From an uncultured Chloroflexia bacterium (GTDB lineage: Bacteria; Chloroflexota; Dehalococcoidia; UBA2979), in NCBI GenBank assembly GCA_963728205.1, contig CAVSIV010000006.1, positions 640,001 to 704,000 of the forward strand: DNA of 64,000 nt, read 5' to 3'. Positions 22,042-32,713 of this stretch are shown here, piece after piece. Both the position numbers and the translations under genes were made by a program. How positions within the stretch are numbered: position 1 is the stretch's first letter; each line of letters opens with the position of its first letter. Below the pieces are notes generated by a model. It ran no database searches and was not told the DNA's origin. It worked only from the letters and a program-made list of their open reading frames with translations.

Positions 22042-24147
22042 TCAGCCGGATGGCACCCGCCTGAGCAGTGCGAGCGACCGCGCGTCGAGGGTGAGGGTGG
22101 CCCCGCTTTCCGACACCGGGGACGCAGTCTGGTCGTGGATGCTCGTCGCCAGGGCTCGCTCCCAGCGCCAGTCGCCGTCCGCGACACGGGGAAGGGTGAA
22201 GTCGACCGGCGAGCCGTCGGCGTTGAACATGAGCAGGAACGAGTCATCACGGACCAATTCGCCGCGCGGGCCGCGGTCCAGCGCCTCGCCGTCGAGATAG
22301 ACCGTCAGCGCGTGGGCGAACGCCGTCTCCCAGTCCTCGTCGGTCATCTCGGAGCCGTCCGGGGGGAACCAGACGATGTCGCGGACGTCCGCGCCGTGGA
22401 CGGGGCGGTCGTGGAACCAGCGACGCCGCTGGAACGCGGGGTGCTCGCGACGGAACCGGATGAGGTCGCGCGTGAACCCGAGGAGCGCGTGGTCCGCACC
22501 CTCCCAGTCGAGCCAGCTGAGCTCGTTGTCCTGGCAGTAGGCGTTGTCGTTGCCGCCCTGCGTTCGACCAATCTCGTCGCCGGAGAGCAGCATCGGGACA
22601 CCCTGCGAGAGCAGCATCGTGGCGAGGAAGTTGCGCTGCTGAACGGCGCGCAGCGCGTTCGTCGCCGGGTCGTCGGTCGGCCCCTCGCTGCCGCAGTTCC
22701 ATGAGCGGTTCTGGCTCTCGCCGTCCCGGTTGTCTTCGCCGTTCGCTTCGTTGTGCTTCTCGTTGTACGAGACGAGGTCGCGGAGCGTGAAGCCGTCGTG
22801 CGCGGTGACGAAGTTCACGCTGGCGAACGGACTGCGGCCGTTGCTCTGGTAGAGGTCCGAGCTCCCCGTCAGCCGCGTGGCGAACTCCGCGAGGCCGGCC
22901 GGCTCGCCGCGCCAGTAGTCGCGCACGGTGTCGCGGTACTTCCCGTTCCACTCCGCCCAGAGTGGCGGGAAGTTGCCGACCTGGTAGCCGCCGTCGCCGA
23001 CATCCCACGGCTCGGCGATCAGCTTCACCTGGCTGATCACGGGATCCTGATGGATCACGTCGAAGAACGCCGAGAGCCGGTCGACGTCGTACAGCCCGCG
23101 CGCGAGCTCCGCGGCGAGATCGAAGCGAAAGCCGTCTACGTGCATCTCGAGCACCCAGTACCGCAGCGAATCCATGATCAACTGCAGCACGCTCGCATGC
23201 CGGGTGTTCAGGCTATTCCCCGTGCCCGTGTAGTCCATGTAATGGCGCGGGTCGCCCTCGACGAGGCGGTAATACGTGGCGTTGTCGATCCCCTTGAAGC
23301 AGAGCTCCGGACCCAGGTGGTTCTGCTCGGCCGTGTGGTTGTAGACCACGTCGAGAATCACCTCGATCCCGGCCGCATGGAGCGCCTTCACCATCTCCTT
23401 GAACTCGCGTACCTGTTCGCCGAGCGCTCCGGCGCTGGCATACGCGCTGTGCGGCGCGAGAAAGCCGATCGAGTTGTAGCCCCAGTAGTTGCGCAGGCCC
23501 ATCTCGACGAGACGCGGGTCGTGCACGAACTGGTGCACCGGCATCAGCTCGATCGCCGTGACACCCAGCGCCGTGAGGTACTCGAGCGACGCCGCGTGGG
23601 CGAGCCCCGCGTAGGTGCCCCGCAGCGCCGGCGGCACGTCCGGGTTCCGCATGCTGAACCCCTTCACGTGCAGCTCGTAAACCACCGTCTCGTGCAACGG
23701 GGTGTGCGGCCGCTGGTCGTCACCCCAGTCGAACGCAGGATCGATCACGACCGACTTCGGCACGAAGGGTGCGCTGTCGTCGTCGTTCCGCGCGTTCTCG
23801 TCGTCCTGCTGGTACGGGAAGACCGCGTGCTCCCACTGGACCTCCCCGGCGACCGCCTTGGCGTAGGGGTCGAGCAGCAGCTTCGCGGGGTTGCAGCGGC
23901 GGCCCGACCCGGGATCCCAGGGGCCGTGCACCCGAAACCCGTACCGCTGTCCGGGCGCGACGCCCGGCAGATAGCCGTGCCAGACGAAGCCGGTGACCTC
24001 CGGCAGGTCGACGTGCGTCTCGCCCTGGTTCTCATCGAAGAGACAGAGCTCGACGCGCTCCGCCACTTCCGAGAACAGCGAGAAATTGCAGCCCGCGCCG
24101 TCCCACGTCGCACCCAGCGGATACGGACGCCCGGGCCAGATCTCCAT
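22042..24147 (-). CDS. glgX: Glycogen debranching enzyme (GH13)
   Basis: [55 protein letters not shown]. Confidence 0.96.
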   Translation of the reverse strand: MEIWPGRPYPLGATWDGAGCNFSLFSEVAERVELCLFDENQGETHVDLPEVTGFVWHGYLPGVAPGQRYGFRVHGPWDPGSGRRCNPAKLLLDPYAKAVAGEVQWEHAVFPYQQDDENARNDDDSAPFVPKSVVIDPAFDWGDDQRPHTPLHETVVYELHVKGFSMRNPDVPPALRGTYAGLAHAASLEYLTALGVTAIELMPVHQFVHDPRLVEMGLRNYWGYNSIGFLAPHSAYASAGALGEQVREFKEMVKALHAAGIEVILDVVYNHTAEQNHLGPELCFKGIDNATYYRLVEGDPRHYMDYTGTGNSLNTRHASVLQLIMDSLRYWVLEMHVDGFRFDLAAELARGLYDVDRLSAFFDVIHQDPVISQVKLIAEPWDVGDGGYQVGNFPPLWAEWNGKYRDTVRDYWRGEPAGLAEFATRLTGSSDLYQSNGRSPFASVNFVTAHDGFTLRDLVSYNEKHNEANGEDNRDGESQNRSWNCGSEGPTDDPATNALRAVQQRNFLATMLLSQGVPMLLSGDEIGRTQGGNDNAYCQDNELSWLDWEGADHALLGFTRDLIRFRREHPAFQRRRWFHDRPVHGADVRDIVWFPPDGSEMTDEDWETAFAHALTVYLDGEALDRGPRGELVRDDSFLLMFNADGSPVDFTLPRVADGDWRWERALATSIHDQTASPVSESGATLTLDARSLALLRRVPSG

Positions 24148-24351
24148 CTCCTCCTCCGTCCGTCCGGCCATCCCGTGTGCCGAATGCCCTTCTCGGCGGC
24201 CGCGTCAGCCGCACGCGCCCTGAGCGGGGCGGCGACTCGGCCGCCGTCGGGACGTGCGCGGCAATCGAAGCGACGGTGGCGCGCCGCCGGCGGCGCCCGC
24301 CCTGATGCGGCCGACCGGCCGGAGCCTCGGACGCCCCCGGGGCTCATGGGT

Positions 24352-24546
24352 TCACGTCAGCGCGACGCGCTCCTCGACCTGGTCTTCGGAGCACAGCTGT
24401 TCGCTGCCGGCGCGCGACGGATTGTGCGGGCTCTCGATGTGGCGGACCCGGATCCAGCGGCCCTCCACCGTCGGTGCGATGACTTCGGCGATCGTGCCAT
24501 CCGCCAACCGGACGCGATCACCGACCTCCAGGTCGAACAAATCCAT
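24352..24546 (-). CDS. Small SH3/KOW-like beta protein
   Basis: GAGGTGAGG RBS; LEVGDRVRLADGTIAEV. Confidence 0.6.
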   Translation of the reverse strand: MDLFDLEVGDRVRLADGTIAEVIAPTVEGRWIRVRHIESPHNPSRAGSEQLCSEDQVEERVALT

Positions 24547-24777
24547 GCCTCACCTCGATCGGAGCATCGGCGCCGGCCGGGCCGCTCGCTCTCGCGCATC
24601 CATTATCCACGGAGCCCGTGCGGAGCCGGTGGCACGGCAGCTCGACGGCAGCCGCCCCCGTCGGCCGGGCCCGCGACGGCGCCGGCACGCGCCACGACGT
24701 CGCGGCGCACCGCGCGGCCGACGGGCCCTCGATGGGCCGCTAGGATGACCGCACGTGCGGGTATCCGCGACGCGGAG

Positions 24778-26322
24778 ATGAGCATGGCGGACCTTCGCCT
24801 GGCCGAGCTCGTAACGGCGCTCTCGCTGGCCACCGACCTGGGCATGGGCCAGCCGATGGAGCACGCCCTCCGCACCTGCCTGGTCTCCTTGCGCCTCGGC
24901 CGGGCGCTCGGGCTGGAGCCGGACGAGCTGCGCGACGTCTACTACGTGGCGCTCCTGCGCTTCATCGGGTGCACGGCCGACAGCCACGAGACCGCCGTCG
25001 CCGTCGGCGGCGACGAGATCGCCTTCCGCGAGAACGCCGCACCCGCGCTCGGCGGGTCACAGCTCGAGTTCGTTGCCCGTGCCGTCACGGGGCTCGGCCG
25101 CGGCGGGGGCGCGCGCGGACGGGCGCGGGCGGTGGGCGGCTTCCTCGCGCACGGACGTCGCATCCCGGCCGGCATCGCGGCGCACTGCGAGCTCGCCGAG
25201 CTCCTCGCGCGGCGCCTGGGGCTCGGCGCCCGCGCGCGGCGCGGCCTCGCCCACGGGCTGGAGCGCTGGGACGGGCACGGGATGCCCCGGGGAATCGCCG
25301 GCGAGGCGATCGAGCGGTCCGCGCGCATCGTCTTCCTCGCGCGCGACGTCGACGTGCTGTACCGCGCCGTCGGCGCGGGCGAGGCGGCGGCCATTGTGCA
25401 TCGCCGTCGCGGACGCTCGTACGATCCGGCGGTCGTCGACGCATTCGAGCGGTGCCGCGGCGACCTCGACGAGGATCTTGAGACCGACGCCGTCTGGGAG
25501 CGCGTGATGGAGGCGGAGCCAGAGCCGCGCGTCGCGGTCCCCGCGTCCGGCCTCGACGGCCTGCTCGAGGTGTTCGCGGACTTCGTCGACGTGAAGTCGC
25601 CGTACACGCTCGGTCACTCGCGGGCCGTCGCGGCCCTCGCAGCGGCCGCGGCGCCCGCCGCGGGGCTGCACGCCGCGGAGGCCGTCGCCGTGCGCCGCGC
25701 CGCGCTCGTTCACGACCTCGGACGTGTCGGCGTGCCGAACGGCGTGTGGGACCGGCCGGGCCCGCTCGGCGACGCCGACTGGGAACGGGTGCGTCTCCAC
25801 ACCTACTACAGCGAGCGCATCCTCGCCCGCTCGCCGATGCTGGCGCCGCTGGCGACGATCGCCGGGATGCATCACGAGCGGCTCGACGGCTCCGGCTACC
25901 ACCGCGGCGCCGCGACCGGCATCCCCGCCGCCGCCCGGCTGCTCGCGGCCGCGGACGCCTACCAGGCGATGACGCAGGCGCGCGCGCACCGGCCGGCGCT
26001 CCGGCCCGATGAAGCGGCCGCGCAGCTGCACGCCGAGGTCGCCGCCGGCCGGCTGGACCGGGTCGCCGCCGACGCCGTCCTCGGCGCCGCCGGCCAGCCG
26101 CGCGTGCCGAGCCGCTCGCCCTGGCCGGCCGGGCTCACCGATCGCGAGGTCGAGGTCCTCCGGATGATCGCCCGTGGGCAGACGAAGCGCGCGGTGGCGG
26201 AGACGCTCGTGATCGCGCCGGCCACAGTCGACCACCACGTACGGCACATCTACGAGAAGGCCGGCGTCTCCAGCCGCGCCGCAGCGGCCGTCTTCGCGCT
26301 CGACCACGGCCTCCTCACGTAG
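24778..26322 (+). CDS. Tandem HD/HD-GYP-like domain protein with a C-terminal LuxR HTH
   Basis: LSLATDLGMGQPMEHALR, ERWDG, GHSRAVA, HDLG, HHERLDGSGY, LTDREVEVL...HIYEK. Confidence 0.9.
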   Translation: MSMADLRLAELVTALSLATDLGMGQPMEHALRTCLVSLRLGRALGLEPDELRDVYYVALLRFIGCTADSHETAVAVGGDEIAFRENAAPALGGSQLEFVARAVTGLGRGGGARGRARAVGGFLAHGRRIPAGIAAHCELAELLARRLGLGARARRGLAHGLERWDGHGMPRGIAGEAIERSARIVFLARDVDVLYRAVGAGEAAAIVHRRRGRSYDPAVVDAFERCRGDLDEDLETDAVWERVMEAEPEPRVAVPASGLDGLLEVFADFVDVKSPYTLGHSRAVAALAAAAAPAAGLHAAEAVAVRRAALVHDLGRVGVPNGVWDRPGPLGDADWERVRLHTYYSERILARSPMLAPLATIAGMHHERLDGSGYHRGAATGIPAAARLLAAADAYQAMTQARAHRPALRPDEAAAQLHAEVAAGRLDRVAADAVLGAAGQPRVPSRSPWPAGLTDREVEVLRMIARGQTKRAVAETLVIAPATVDHHVRHIYEKAGVSSRAAAAVFALDHGLLT

Positions 26323-26381
26323 CGGCGCCCTCGCGTCGCCGTCCGGCTCGGACGTGCACACCCGGCCAGGACCGCGCGGGA

Positions 26382-26399
26382 ATAGCGCGATCGCGCGAT
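26382..26399. promoter_or_regulatory. Near-perfect 18-bp palindrome ATAGCGCGATCGCGCGAT
   Basis: Lies between the HD-LuxR gene and the hydrolase; one mismatched pair. Confidence 0.4.
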
Positions 26400-26455
26400 G
26401 CCGCGTGCCCTCACCCCCTTCAACCTCACCCGTGTAGCGCTGAAGGGAGCGTGCC

Positions 26456-27262
26456 ATGCCAACCATCTCCGTGAACGACGCGACCATCTACTACGAGGAG
26501 CGAGGCGAGGGCCCGGCCGTCCTGTTCGTGCACGGCATGTGCGGGAACGCGGACGTCTGGCGTGATCAGGTCGACCGGCTGTCGGACGCCTTCCGCTGCG
26601 TCGCCTACGACCGGCGGGGACACACGCGGAGCACACTGGGCGGCGTCGAGCAGCGGAGCGTAGAGCTGCACGCCGACGACGACGCCGCGCTGATCCGCGC
26701 GCTCGACCTGGCGCCGTGCCTCCTCGTCGGCAGCAGCTCCGGTGCGCGCATCGGACTGGACGTCGCGCGTCGCTCCCCCGAGCTGCTGAGGGGCGCCGTC
26801 CTCTCGGAGCCGCCGCTGTTCGCGCTCGACCCCGAGGGCGGGGCGCAGTTCATGGCCGACGTTCGGCCCCGCGTCGAGGACGCGATGCGGACGGGCGGTC
26901 CGCCCGCGGCCGTCGACGCCTTCCTCGACTTCGTCGCCCCCGGCCTGCTCGACGGTGACGAGCGCCGGCGCGCGGCCTACCACGCGAACGCGGGCGAACT
27001 CCTGCCGGACCTGCAGATGCCCCCGTACGTGGTCACCGCCGAGGACCTCGCCGCACTGCGCGTCCCGTGCCTCGCACTTCGCGGGGACCGCAGTCACGCG
27101 CTGTTCATGCGGATCGTCGATCGGCTGGCGGCGGCCGTCCCGGGCGCGGAACGGGTCGTGCTCGGCGATGCGAACCACTCGACGTACGTCGACCAGCCGC
27201 GCGCCTTCTCCGAGGCGGTGCGGTCGTTCGCGATGCGCCATGCGAGCGTGGCGACGCGCTGA
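26456..27262 (+). CDS. Alpha/beta hydrolase
   Basis: FVHG, YDRRGH, GSSSG nucleophile elbow, C-terminal His (ANHS). Confidence 0.9.
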   Translation: MPTISVNDATIYYEERGEGPAVLFVHGMCGNADVWRDQVDRLSDAFRCVAYDRRGHTRSTLGGVEQRSVELHADDDAALIRALDLAPCLLVGSSSGARIGLDVARRSPELLRGAVLSEPPLFALDPEGGAQFMADVRPRVEDAMRTGGPPAAVDAFLDFVAPGLLDGDERRRAAYHANAGELLPDLQMPPYVVTAEDLAALRVPCLALRGDRSHALFMRIVDRLAAAVPGAERVVLGDANHSTYVDQPRAFSEAVRSFAMRHASVATR

Positions 27263-27400
27263 CGTCGTCGCTGCGGCACCCGAACCGCGGGCCCGCCGCG
27301 ACAATCCGCGCCGTGTACCGGCTCGGCCGCCGCCCGCCAACGTCGCGCCGTCGTGCGCGACGCCGTGCCGCGGCGCACGTCGGCGGCGTGCGATCACCGC

Positions 27401-27889
27401 TCACGAGCCGAGCGTGATCAGCCGTCCCCAGTCGAACGCCGACGGCCCGCCGCCCGCCTCCGGCGCGACGCCCACCCACGCGTGCGCGTGCGCGGTGCCC
27501 GCGGTGAGCACGCCGGCGCCACGCACGACGACGTCCGCCGACCACGCCTGCGCCGTCCCGGTGCATGCCGACGACGCCGTGCCGGTCGCCGCGACGCCGT
27601 CCTTCCAGACCATCACCCAGATCTGGACCGGAACCGCGTCCGCCGTGGGCCCTTCGCAGTCGACCGTCCCGGCGACGTGGACGGTGTGCCCGTCGGCGGC
27701 CAGGCTCGCCGTCGGGGCGAAGTTGCTGAACAGCTCCGGGGTGCTCTGGTCCGTCTTCTTCGTGATGATGATCGCCTTCGCCGCGGACGCGACGGTCGTC
27801 AGCATCAGTGCCGCGACGAGGGCGCAGGCCAGCGCGGTCGCCGCTCGACGGGCGGGGACGCGCCCGCGCCCCGACATCCACAGTTGCAT
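27401..27889 (-). CDS. Secreted hypothetical protein
   Basis: AGGAGG RBS before ATG 27889; Arg-rich n-region, hydrophobic h-region, AKA cleavage site; 2 Cys in the mature part. Confidence 0.65.
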   Translation of the reverse strand: MQLWMSGRGRVPARRAATALACALVAALMLTTVASAAKAIIITKKTDQSTPELFSNFAPTASLAADGHTVHVAGTVDCEGPTADAVPVQIWVMVWKDGVAATGTASSACTGTAQAWSADVVVRGAGVLTAGTAHAHAWVGVAPEAGGGPSAFDWGRLITLGS

Positions 27890-28265
27890 CGATCCCCTCC
27901 TTCGCACCGCGCGCGACGCCATCCGGCCCGACAATGGCCGCCGGCACCCACGCGCGCGCCGTCACCGTCGGACCGTGCACTGAGGATCTCGGCCCGACAC
28001 CTGCGGCCGCGCGATCGCATCGGGCCGCTCGCGCACCCTAGATCACGCGAGGACGCCGTCGCATCGGACGTCCGTCCGATTCGCGGACTCCGCGGCGACG
28101 CCGCCGCGGCGACGATGACGGTGATCGGCGATCCGCCGGATGCGATGCCGGCGCCGGTCGTCGAACTCGCCGCCCGCGACGCCGCTATCATCCGTCGCCC
28201 CGGCTGCTCCACTCCCCGGGCGCGGAGCGGATCGCGGGCATCCTCGGCGGACGGAACGGACGACG

Positions 28266-29507
28266 ATGGTCGACACCGATTACCCCCTGCTCGAGCCCGC
28301 GCACGAGGCGCGCCGGCTCGCCGCCCTCGAGCGGCTCGAGGTGCTGGACTCCGAGCCGGAGGCGACGTTCGAGGCCGTCGTCGCCGCGCTGGCGGCCGCG
28401 CTCGACGCGCCGATCGCGCTGATCACGCTGGTCGACCGCGAACGCTGCTGGTACAAGGCCGAGCTCGGGATGGGCGTCTCGGAGATGCCCCGTGCCGACA
28501 ACATGTGCGACGCCGTCCTCCAGCTCGATGACGTCTACGTCGTCCCCGATGCCCGGGCCGCGACCGGCCTCGTCACCGCGCCGCTGCGCCGAAAGGGCCT
28601 GCGCGCCTACATCGGCGCGCCGCTGCGGTCGCGCGAGGGCGTGCCGATTGGCACGCTCTGCGCCGTCGACACGCGGCCGCGCGACGTCACGGCGCGCGAG
28701 ACCGGCATCGTGTCGGCGCTCGCCGCGGTGGTGAGCGACGCGCTGGAGCTGCGGCTGCACGCGCGACGCATGGCGCAGGCGGAAGAGTCGCTGCGCGAGC
28801 TGAACCGGCGGCTGGCGGCGGCGAACGAGAACAAGAGCGCCTTCCTCGCCAGCATGTCGCACGAGCTGCGCACCCCGCTCAACGGCATCCTCGGCGCCTC
28901 CGAGCTGCTCGGCGCGGGGCTCTTCGGCGATCTCAACGCCAAGCAGGCGGAGTACGTGCACGACATCCACCAGAGCGGGACGCATCTGCTCAGCCTGATC
29001 AACGACATCCTCGACCTCTCGCGGATCGAGGCCGGCCAGACGGAGCTCGATCGCGAGCCGCTCGACGTCGGGCGGCTGATGGAGAGCAGCGCCGCCGTCG
29101 TGCGCGGGATTGCGACCGCGAAGTCGCTCGCCCTCGACGTCGTTCCCCCGCCCGAGCCCATCGCGGTCCTCGTCGACGAGCGCCGCATCAAGCAGGTGGC
29201 CTGCAACCTCCTCAGCAACGCGGTGAAGTTCGCGCCCGAGCACGGACACGTCCGCTTCCTGGCGCGCCGCGCCGGCGGCGAGGTCGTGTTCAGCGTGGAG
29301 GACGACGGCCCCGGCGTCCCGCCGGCCCACCGCGAGCGCATCTTCGAGCAGTTCTTCCGCCTCCCGAGCGACCAGGAGGGGACGGGACTCGGGCTGACGG
29401 TGGCGAAGCAGCTCGTGGAGCTCCACGGCGGCCGCATCTGGCTCGACGCCGGGACCGGGCGCGGCAGCCGCTTCTGCTTCTCGGTCCCGCTCGAGGCACC
29501 GCGATAG
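28266..29507 (+). CDS. GAF sensor histidine kinase
   Basis: EARRLAALERLEVLDS (GAF), MSHELRTPLNGI, NLLSNAVKF, DDGPG, GTGLGL. Confidence 0.93.
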   Translation: MVDTDYPLLEPAHEARRLAALERLEVLDSEPEATFEAVVAALAAALDAPIALITLVDRERCWYKAELGMGVSEMPRADNMCDAVLQLDDVYVVPDARAATGLVTAPLRRKGLRAYIGAPLRSREGVPIGTLCAVDTRPRDVTARETGIVSALAAVVSDALELRLHARRMAQAEESLRELNRRLAAANENKSAFLASMSHELRTPLNGILGASELLGAGLFGDLNAKQAEYVHDIHQSGTHLLSLINDILDLSRIEAGQTELDREPLDVGRLMESSAAVVRGIATAKSLALDVVPPPEPIAVLVDERRIKQVACNLLSNAVKFAPEHGHVRFLARRAGGEVVFSVEDDGPGVPPAHRERIFEQFFRLPSDQEGTGLGLTVAKQLVELHGGRIWLDAGTGRGSRFCFSVPLEAPR

Positions 29508-29936
29508 TCAGTCCGCGGCGGCGCCGCCGAGCAGGTCGCCCACGACCGCCAGGAACTCGCCGAAGCGCAGCGGCTTCGTGAGGTGCACGTCGCAACCGGC
29601 GTCCCGCACCCGCTGCTCGTCCGCCGGCATCGCGTACGCGGTCACGGCCACCACGGGGATCGCGCGTGTCGCCGGGGCGGCCTTCAGCCGGCGCGTGACC
29701 TCGACCCCGTCGAGGTCGGGCAGCCCGATGTCCATCACGACCAGGTCGAACCGCTCCGCCGCCCGCGCCAGCGCGCCGTAGCCGGTCGTGGCCTCCGCCG
29801 TCTCGTAGCCATGCGCGGCGAGCACGTCCCGCATCAGCTTGAGGCTGATCGCATCGTCCTCCACGAGCAGGATCCGCTTGCGGACCGCCCCGGCCCCACC
29901 CTCGCCGGGCGGCTGCGGGCGCCCCTCCGGGCTCAC
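29508..29936 (-). CDS. Single-domain response regulator (DivK-like)
   Basis: ILLVEDD, VMDIGLP, AVTAYAM, TKP; GTG 29936 overlaps the upstream TGA. Confidence 0.8.
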   Translation of the reverse strand: MSPEGRPQPPGEGGAGAVRKRILLVEDDAISLKLMRDVLAAHGYETAEATTGYGALARAAERFDLVVMDIGLPDLDGVEVTRRLKAAPATRAIPVVAVTAYAMPADEQRVRDAGCDVHLTKPLRFGEFLAVVGDLLGGAAAD

Positions 29937-30626
29937 GACGGCCTCGTCGCGAAGCGATAGCCGAAGCCGCGCTCGGTGCGCAGCCAGCGCGGGCTCGCGG
30001 GATTCCGGCTCGAGCTTCTTGCGGAGCCGCCACAGGTAGACCCGCAGGAAGTCGACGTCGTCGACGTACTCGGGTCCCCAGATCTCCGACAGCAGCGCGG
30101 CCTGCGGCCGCACACGGTCGGGCGCCGCCGCGAGCGCGACGAGCAGCCGGAACTCCGTCGGCGTCAGCTCGACCCGCTCGCCGTCGCGCGTGACGCGGTG
30201 CCCGGCCGAGTCGATCGCCAGCCGGTCGTCCTGGTAGAGCAGGTCGCTCTCGGTCGCCTCGGACGCGCGCGTGCGCCGCAGGACGGCCCGGACGCGGGCG
30301 ACGAGGTGCGCCGGAGAGATCGGCTTCGAGACGAAGTCGTCCGCGCCCAGGTCGAGGCCGCGGATCATCTCCTCTTCGCGCTCCAGCGACGTGAGCATGA
30401 CGACGGGAACGTCGGAGAGCTCGCGCAGCCGGGCGCAGACGGTCCAGCCGTCCATGCCGGGCATGAGCACGTCCAGCAGCACGAGGTCGGGACGCGACTC
30501 GTAGAGCAGCCGCAGGCCCTCGACGCCGTCGGCCGCCTCCACGACGCCGAGACCGGCATGGGTCAGCGCGTCGCGCGCGACCTTCCGGTCGAGATCGTTG
30601 TCATCGATGATCAGCACGCAAGCCAT
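29933..30626 (-). CDS. OmpR-family response regulator, frameshift near 29995
   Basis: IIDDN, LLDVLMP, LTPTEFRLL, LRVYLWRLRKKLE; the expected end PRWLRTERGFGYRF* lies in the adjacent frame (ORF 29933..30115). Confidence 0.85.
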
Positions 30627-30722
30627 CTGGCCGTCCGAACCTCGATGCGCGAGCCGTGGACCGCCCGGATCCTAGGCCGTCCGCCCGCGCGTACACAGGG
30701 TCCGGAGGGCCCGGGCTCCCAA

Positions 30723-30761
30723 GATTTATCCAGCGTTCACCGGCCGTTCATGAGCCGTTGA
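30723..30761 (+). promoter_or_regulatory. OmpR/Pho-box-like direct repeats with an 11-bp period
   Basis: CGTTCA at 30734, CGTTCA at 30745, CGTTGA at 30756, plus an in-phase TTTA at 30725; between the divergent regulator and cupin genes. Confidence 0.55.
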
Positions 30762-30846
30762 TCTCCGGGGCGCGATGCTGCCGCCACCGGCCGGGCGCGG
30801 GCGAACGCCCGTCCCGACCGGCAACGGAGCGCGAAGGGAGAGACGC

Positions 30847-31227
30847 ATGCGAGCATCCATGGGTGAGCTGCCGGTGTTGCTCGAGGCCGGCCCGGCGTCG
30901 GTGCGGGGAGCGGACTGGGGCGGTATGCGCGTCGCGGTCGTGTCGGTTCCCGCCGGCACCGACTTCGGTCCGCTGCTGGCCGGCCTGCCGCGAGATCGCT
31001 GCCAGGCCCCCCACTGGGGGTACGTGATCAAGGGCCGGCTCCGGGTGGAGTTCGAGGACGACGTCGAGATCCTGCAGGCCGGCGACTACTACCACCTGAA
31101 GCCGGGGCACACCGGCGTCGCCGAGGAGGACACCGAGTTCATCGAGGTCAGCCCGCCCGACGCGCACCAGCGCTTCATCGAGAACGCGCGGCGAAACCTC
31201 GGCGCGATGGCGCGGGCGGCGACGTAG
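30847..31227 (+). CDS. Cupin-domain protein
   Basis: CQAPHWGYVIKG...AGDYYHLKPGH. Confidence 0.82.
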   Translation: MRASMGELPVLLEAGPASVRGADWGGMRVAVVSVPAGTDFGPLLAGLPRDRCQAPHWGYVIKGRLRVEFEDDVEILQAGDYYHLKPGHTGVAEEDTEFIEVSPPDAHQRFIENARRNLGAMARAAT

Positions 31228-31403
31228 TCGGCCCTCCCGTGGGCCGGCACGATCATGTCGCGCGCGCGGTCGGCCGGACCGCGCGCGCGTCGCTCTCCGG
31301 ACCCCCCTCGTCGAGGTCCGTCCGCCGCACGCGGTTGTGGGCCCGCGCCGACGGGGAGCGGCACGTCGATCGCAGCCGGACAGGCGCGTCGCGCCGCGAA
31401 GCA

Positions 31404-32300
31404 TCACGCAGACGCGAAGCGACCGGGCATCCTCGCGCCGACGACCCGGCTGTCCACGCGCGGTGACGGAGCGGTGGCGCGCTGATCCGGCGATTCGCGC
31501 ACGAACGAACCCGCTGGGTTGTCCGGCCGTGGCCGTTGGATGTCGCACATCAGCTGGCGAAGCTCGGGTGATGGGGCCAACCCCAGCTCCCTGCGCAACG
31601 ACGCGCGATACCGCTCGAACGCGGCGATCGCCTCGGAACGGTTCCCCTCGGCGAGATGCACGTGAATCAGGGTCGCACTCGCGGTTTCGCGCAGCGGATC
31701 GGCCCTGACCGCGGCGAGCGCCGCGCTCGTGGCGTCGGCGAAGCGCCCGACGCGGGCCAGGTGGTGCGCAAGTGCTTCCAGCGCGTGGAGGCGCAACTGC
31801 CGCCAGTCCTCCGCTTCGACGATGCTCCAGTCCTCGTACCAGCCGGGCAGCAGCTCCTGGGAGAGCATCGCCACCGCGGTGCGGACGGTGTCCACCGCGT
31901 CCGGTGCATCCCCCGCGACCAGCAGACGGTTCGCCAGCGCACGTGCCTCGCGAAGGTCCACCCGGACGCTCGCATCGAGCGCCAGGTCGACCGCATCCAC
32001 GCGGACCGCTCGACGCGAGACCGCGTCGAGCCGGGAGAGTGCCGACCGGAGCGCAGCGTGTGCATGGGGTTCGGAGGCCTCGGGCCACAGCGCCCCTGCC
32101 GCCGCGGTGCGAGTCACGGTCCGATTCTGGAAGGCGAGAAACGCGAGCAACCGCTGCGAGCCTGCTGGCAGGACGCGCGCCTCATCCCCGTCCAGCAGCC
32201 GAAACGCTCCGAGCATGAGCAGCCGCAACTCACGGTCGCAGGGCGCGGCCGTGGATGGACCGTGCCGGTTGTCAACGCTGGCGACGCGCAGAGCGCTCAC
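31404..32300 (-). CDS. SARP/AfsR-family (wHTH + BTAD) transcriptional regulator
   Basis: LLGAF, QRLLAFLA, ALWPE, LRSALSRL, LLPGWYEDW, DPLRE, ELGLAPS. Confidence 0.88.
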   Translation of the reverse strand: MSALRVASVDNRHGPSTAAPCDRELRLLMLGAFRLLDGDEARVLPAGSQRLLAFLAFQNRTVTRTAAAGALWPEASEPHAHAALRSALSRLDAVSRRAVRVDAVDLALDASVRVDLREARALANRLLVAGDAPDAVDTVRTAVAMLSQELLPGWYEDWSIVEAEDWRQLRLHALEALAHHLARVGRFADATSAALAAVRADPLRETASATLIHVHLAEGNRSEAIAAFERYRASLRRELGLAPSPELRQLMCDIQRPRPDNPAGSFVRESPDQRATAPSPRVDSRVVGARMPGRFASA

Positions 32301-32713
32301 TGCTCAATCCTGTCGCTGCGCGCAGAGCGCGAGAGCCGCGCCCTGATCGCGAATCCGTTTCGCGCGTCCGGCAGCAAAGCCTAGAGCGCGTGCGCAGCGA
32401 CGCGAGAGGCGAAAGTACTGTCTCAGGCGGGGCCATCGGGGCGAGACTCAGAGCGGACGCCGGGGCTGCTCCGACTCACCGGCCGCCGGCGGCGTCCGCG
32501 CCGCCGCACCACCAACGTGCCGTGGAGCATGTTCATGCCGCAGGCGAAGCCGACCCCCACTTGCGGTGTGGGTCACAACGTGCGGCTTGGGGCAGCGTCG
32601 TTCGGGCGGGCAAGTGCGCAGGTGTAACGCTCCCGTAACGGTGCTTGAAAGAGCCTCCGGAAGCCCGGAACGGCACGGTACCGTGGCGAGCGGGTGAGTC
32701 CGGGAGAAGCTGC

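Noticed and set aside
22753-26322. 1189-aa ORF
   Set aside because: The N-terminal part is the antisense shadow of glgX; only the part from 24778 has recognisable domains.
29508-30626. REC-wHTH-REC three-domain regulator (372-aa ORF)
   Set aside because: The canonical OmpR end (LRTERGFGYRF*) is in the neighbouring frame and overlaps a GTG start, indicating two genes joined by a frameshift.
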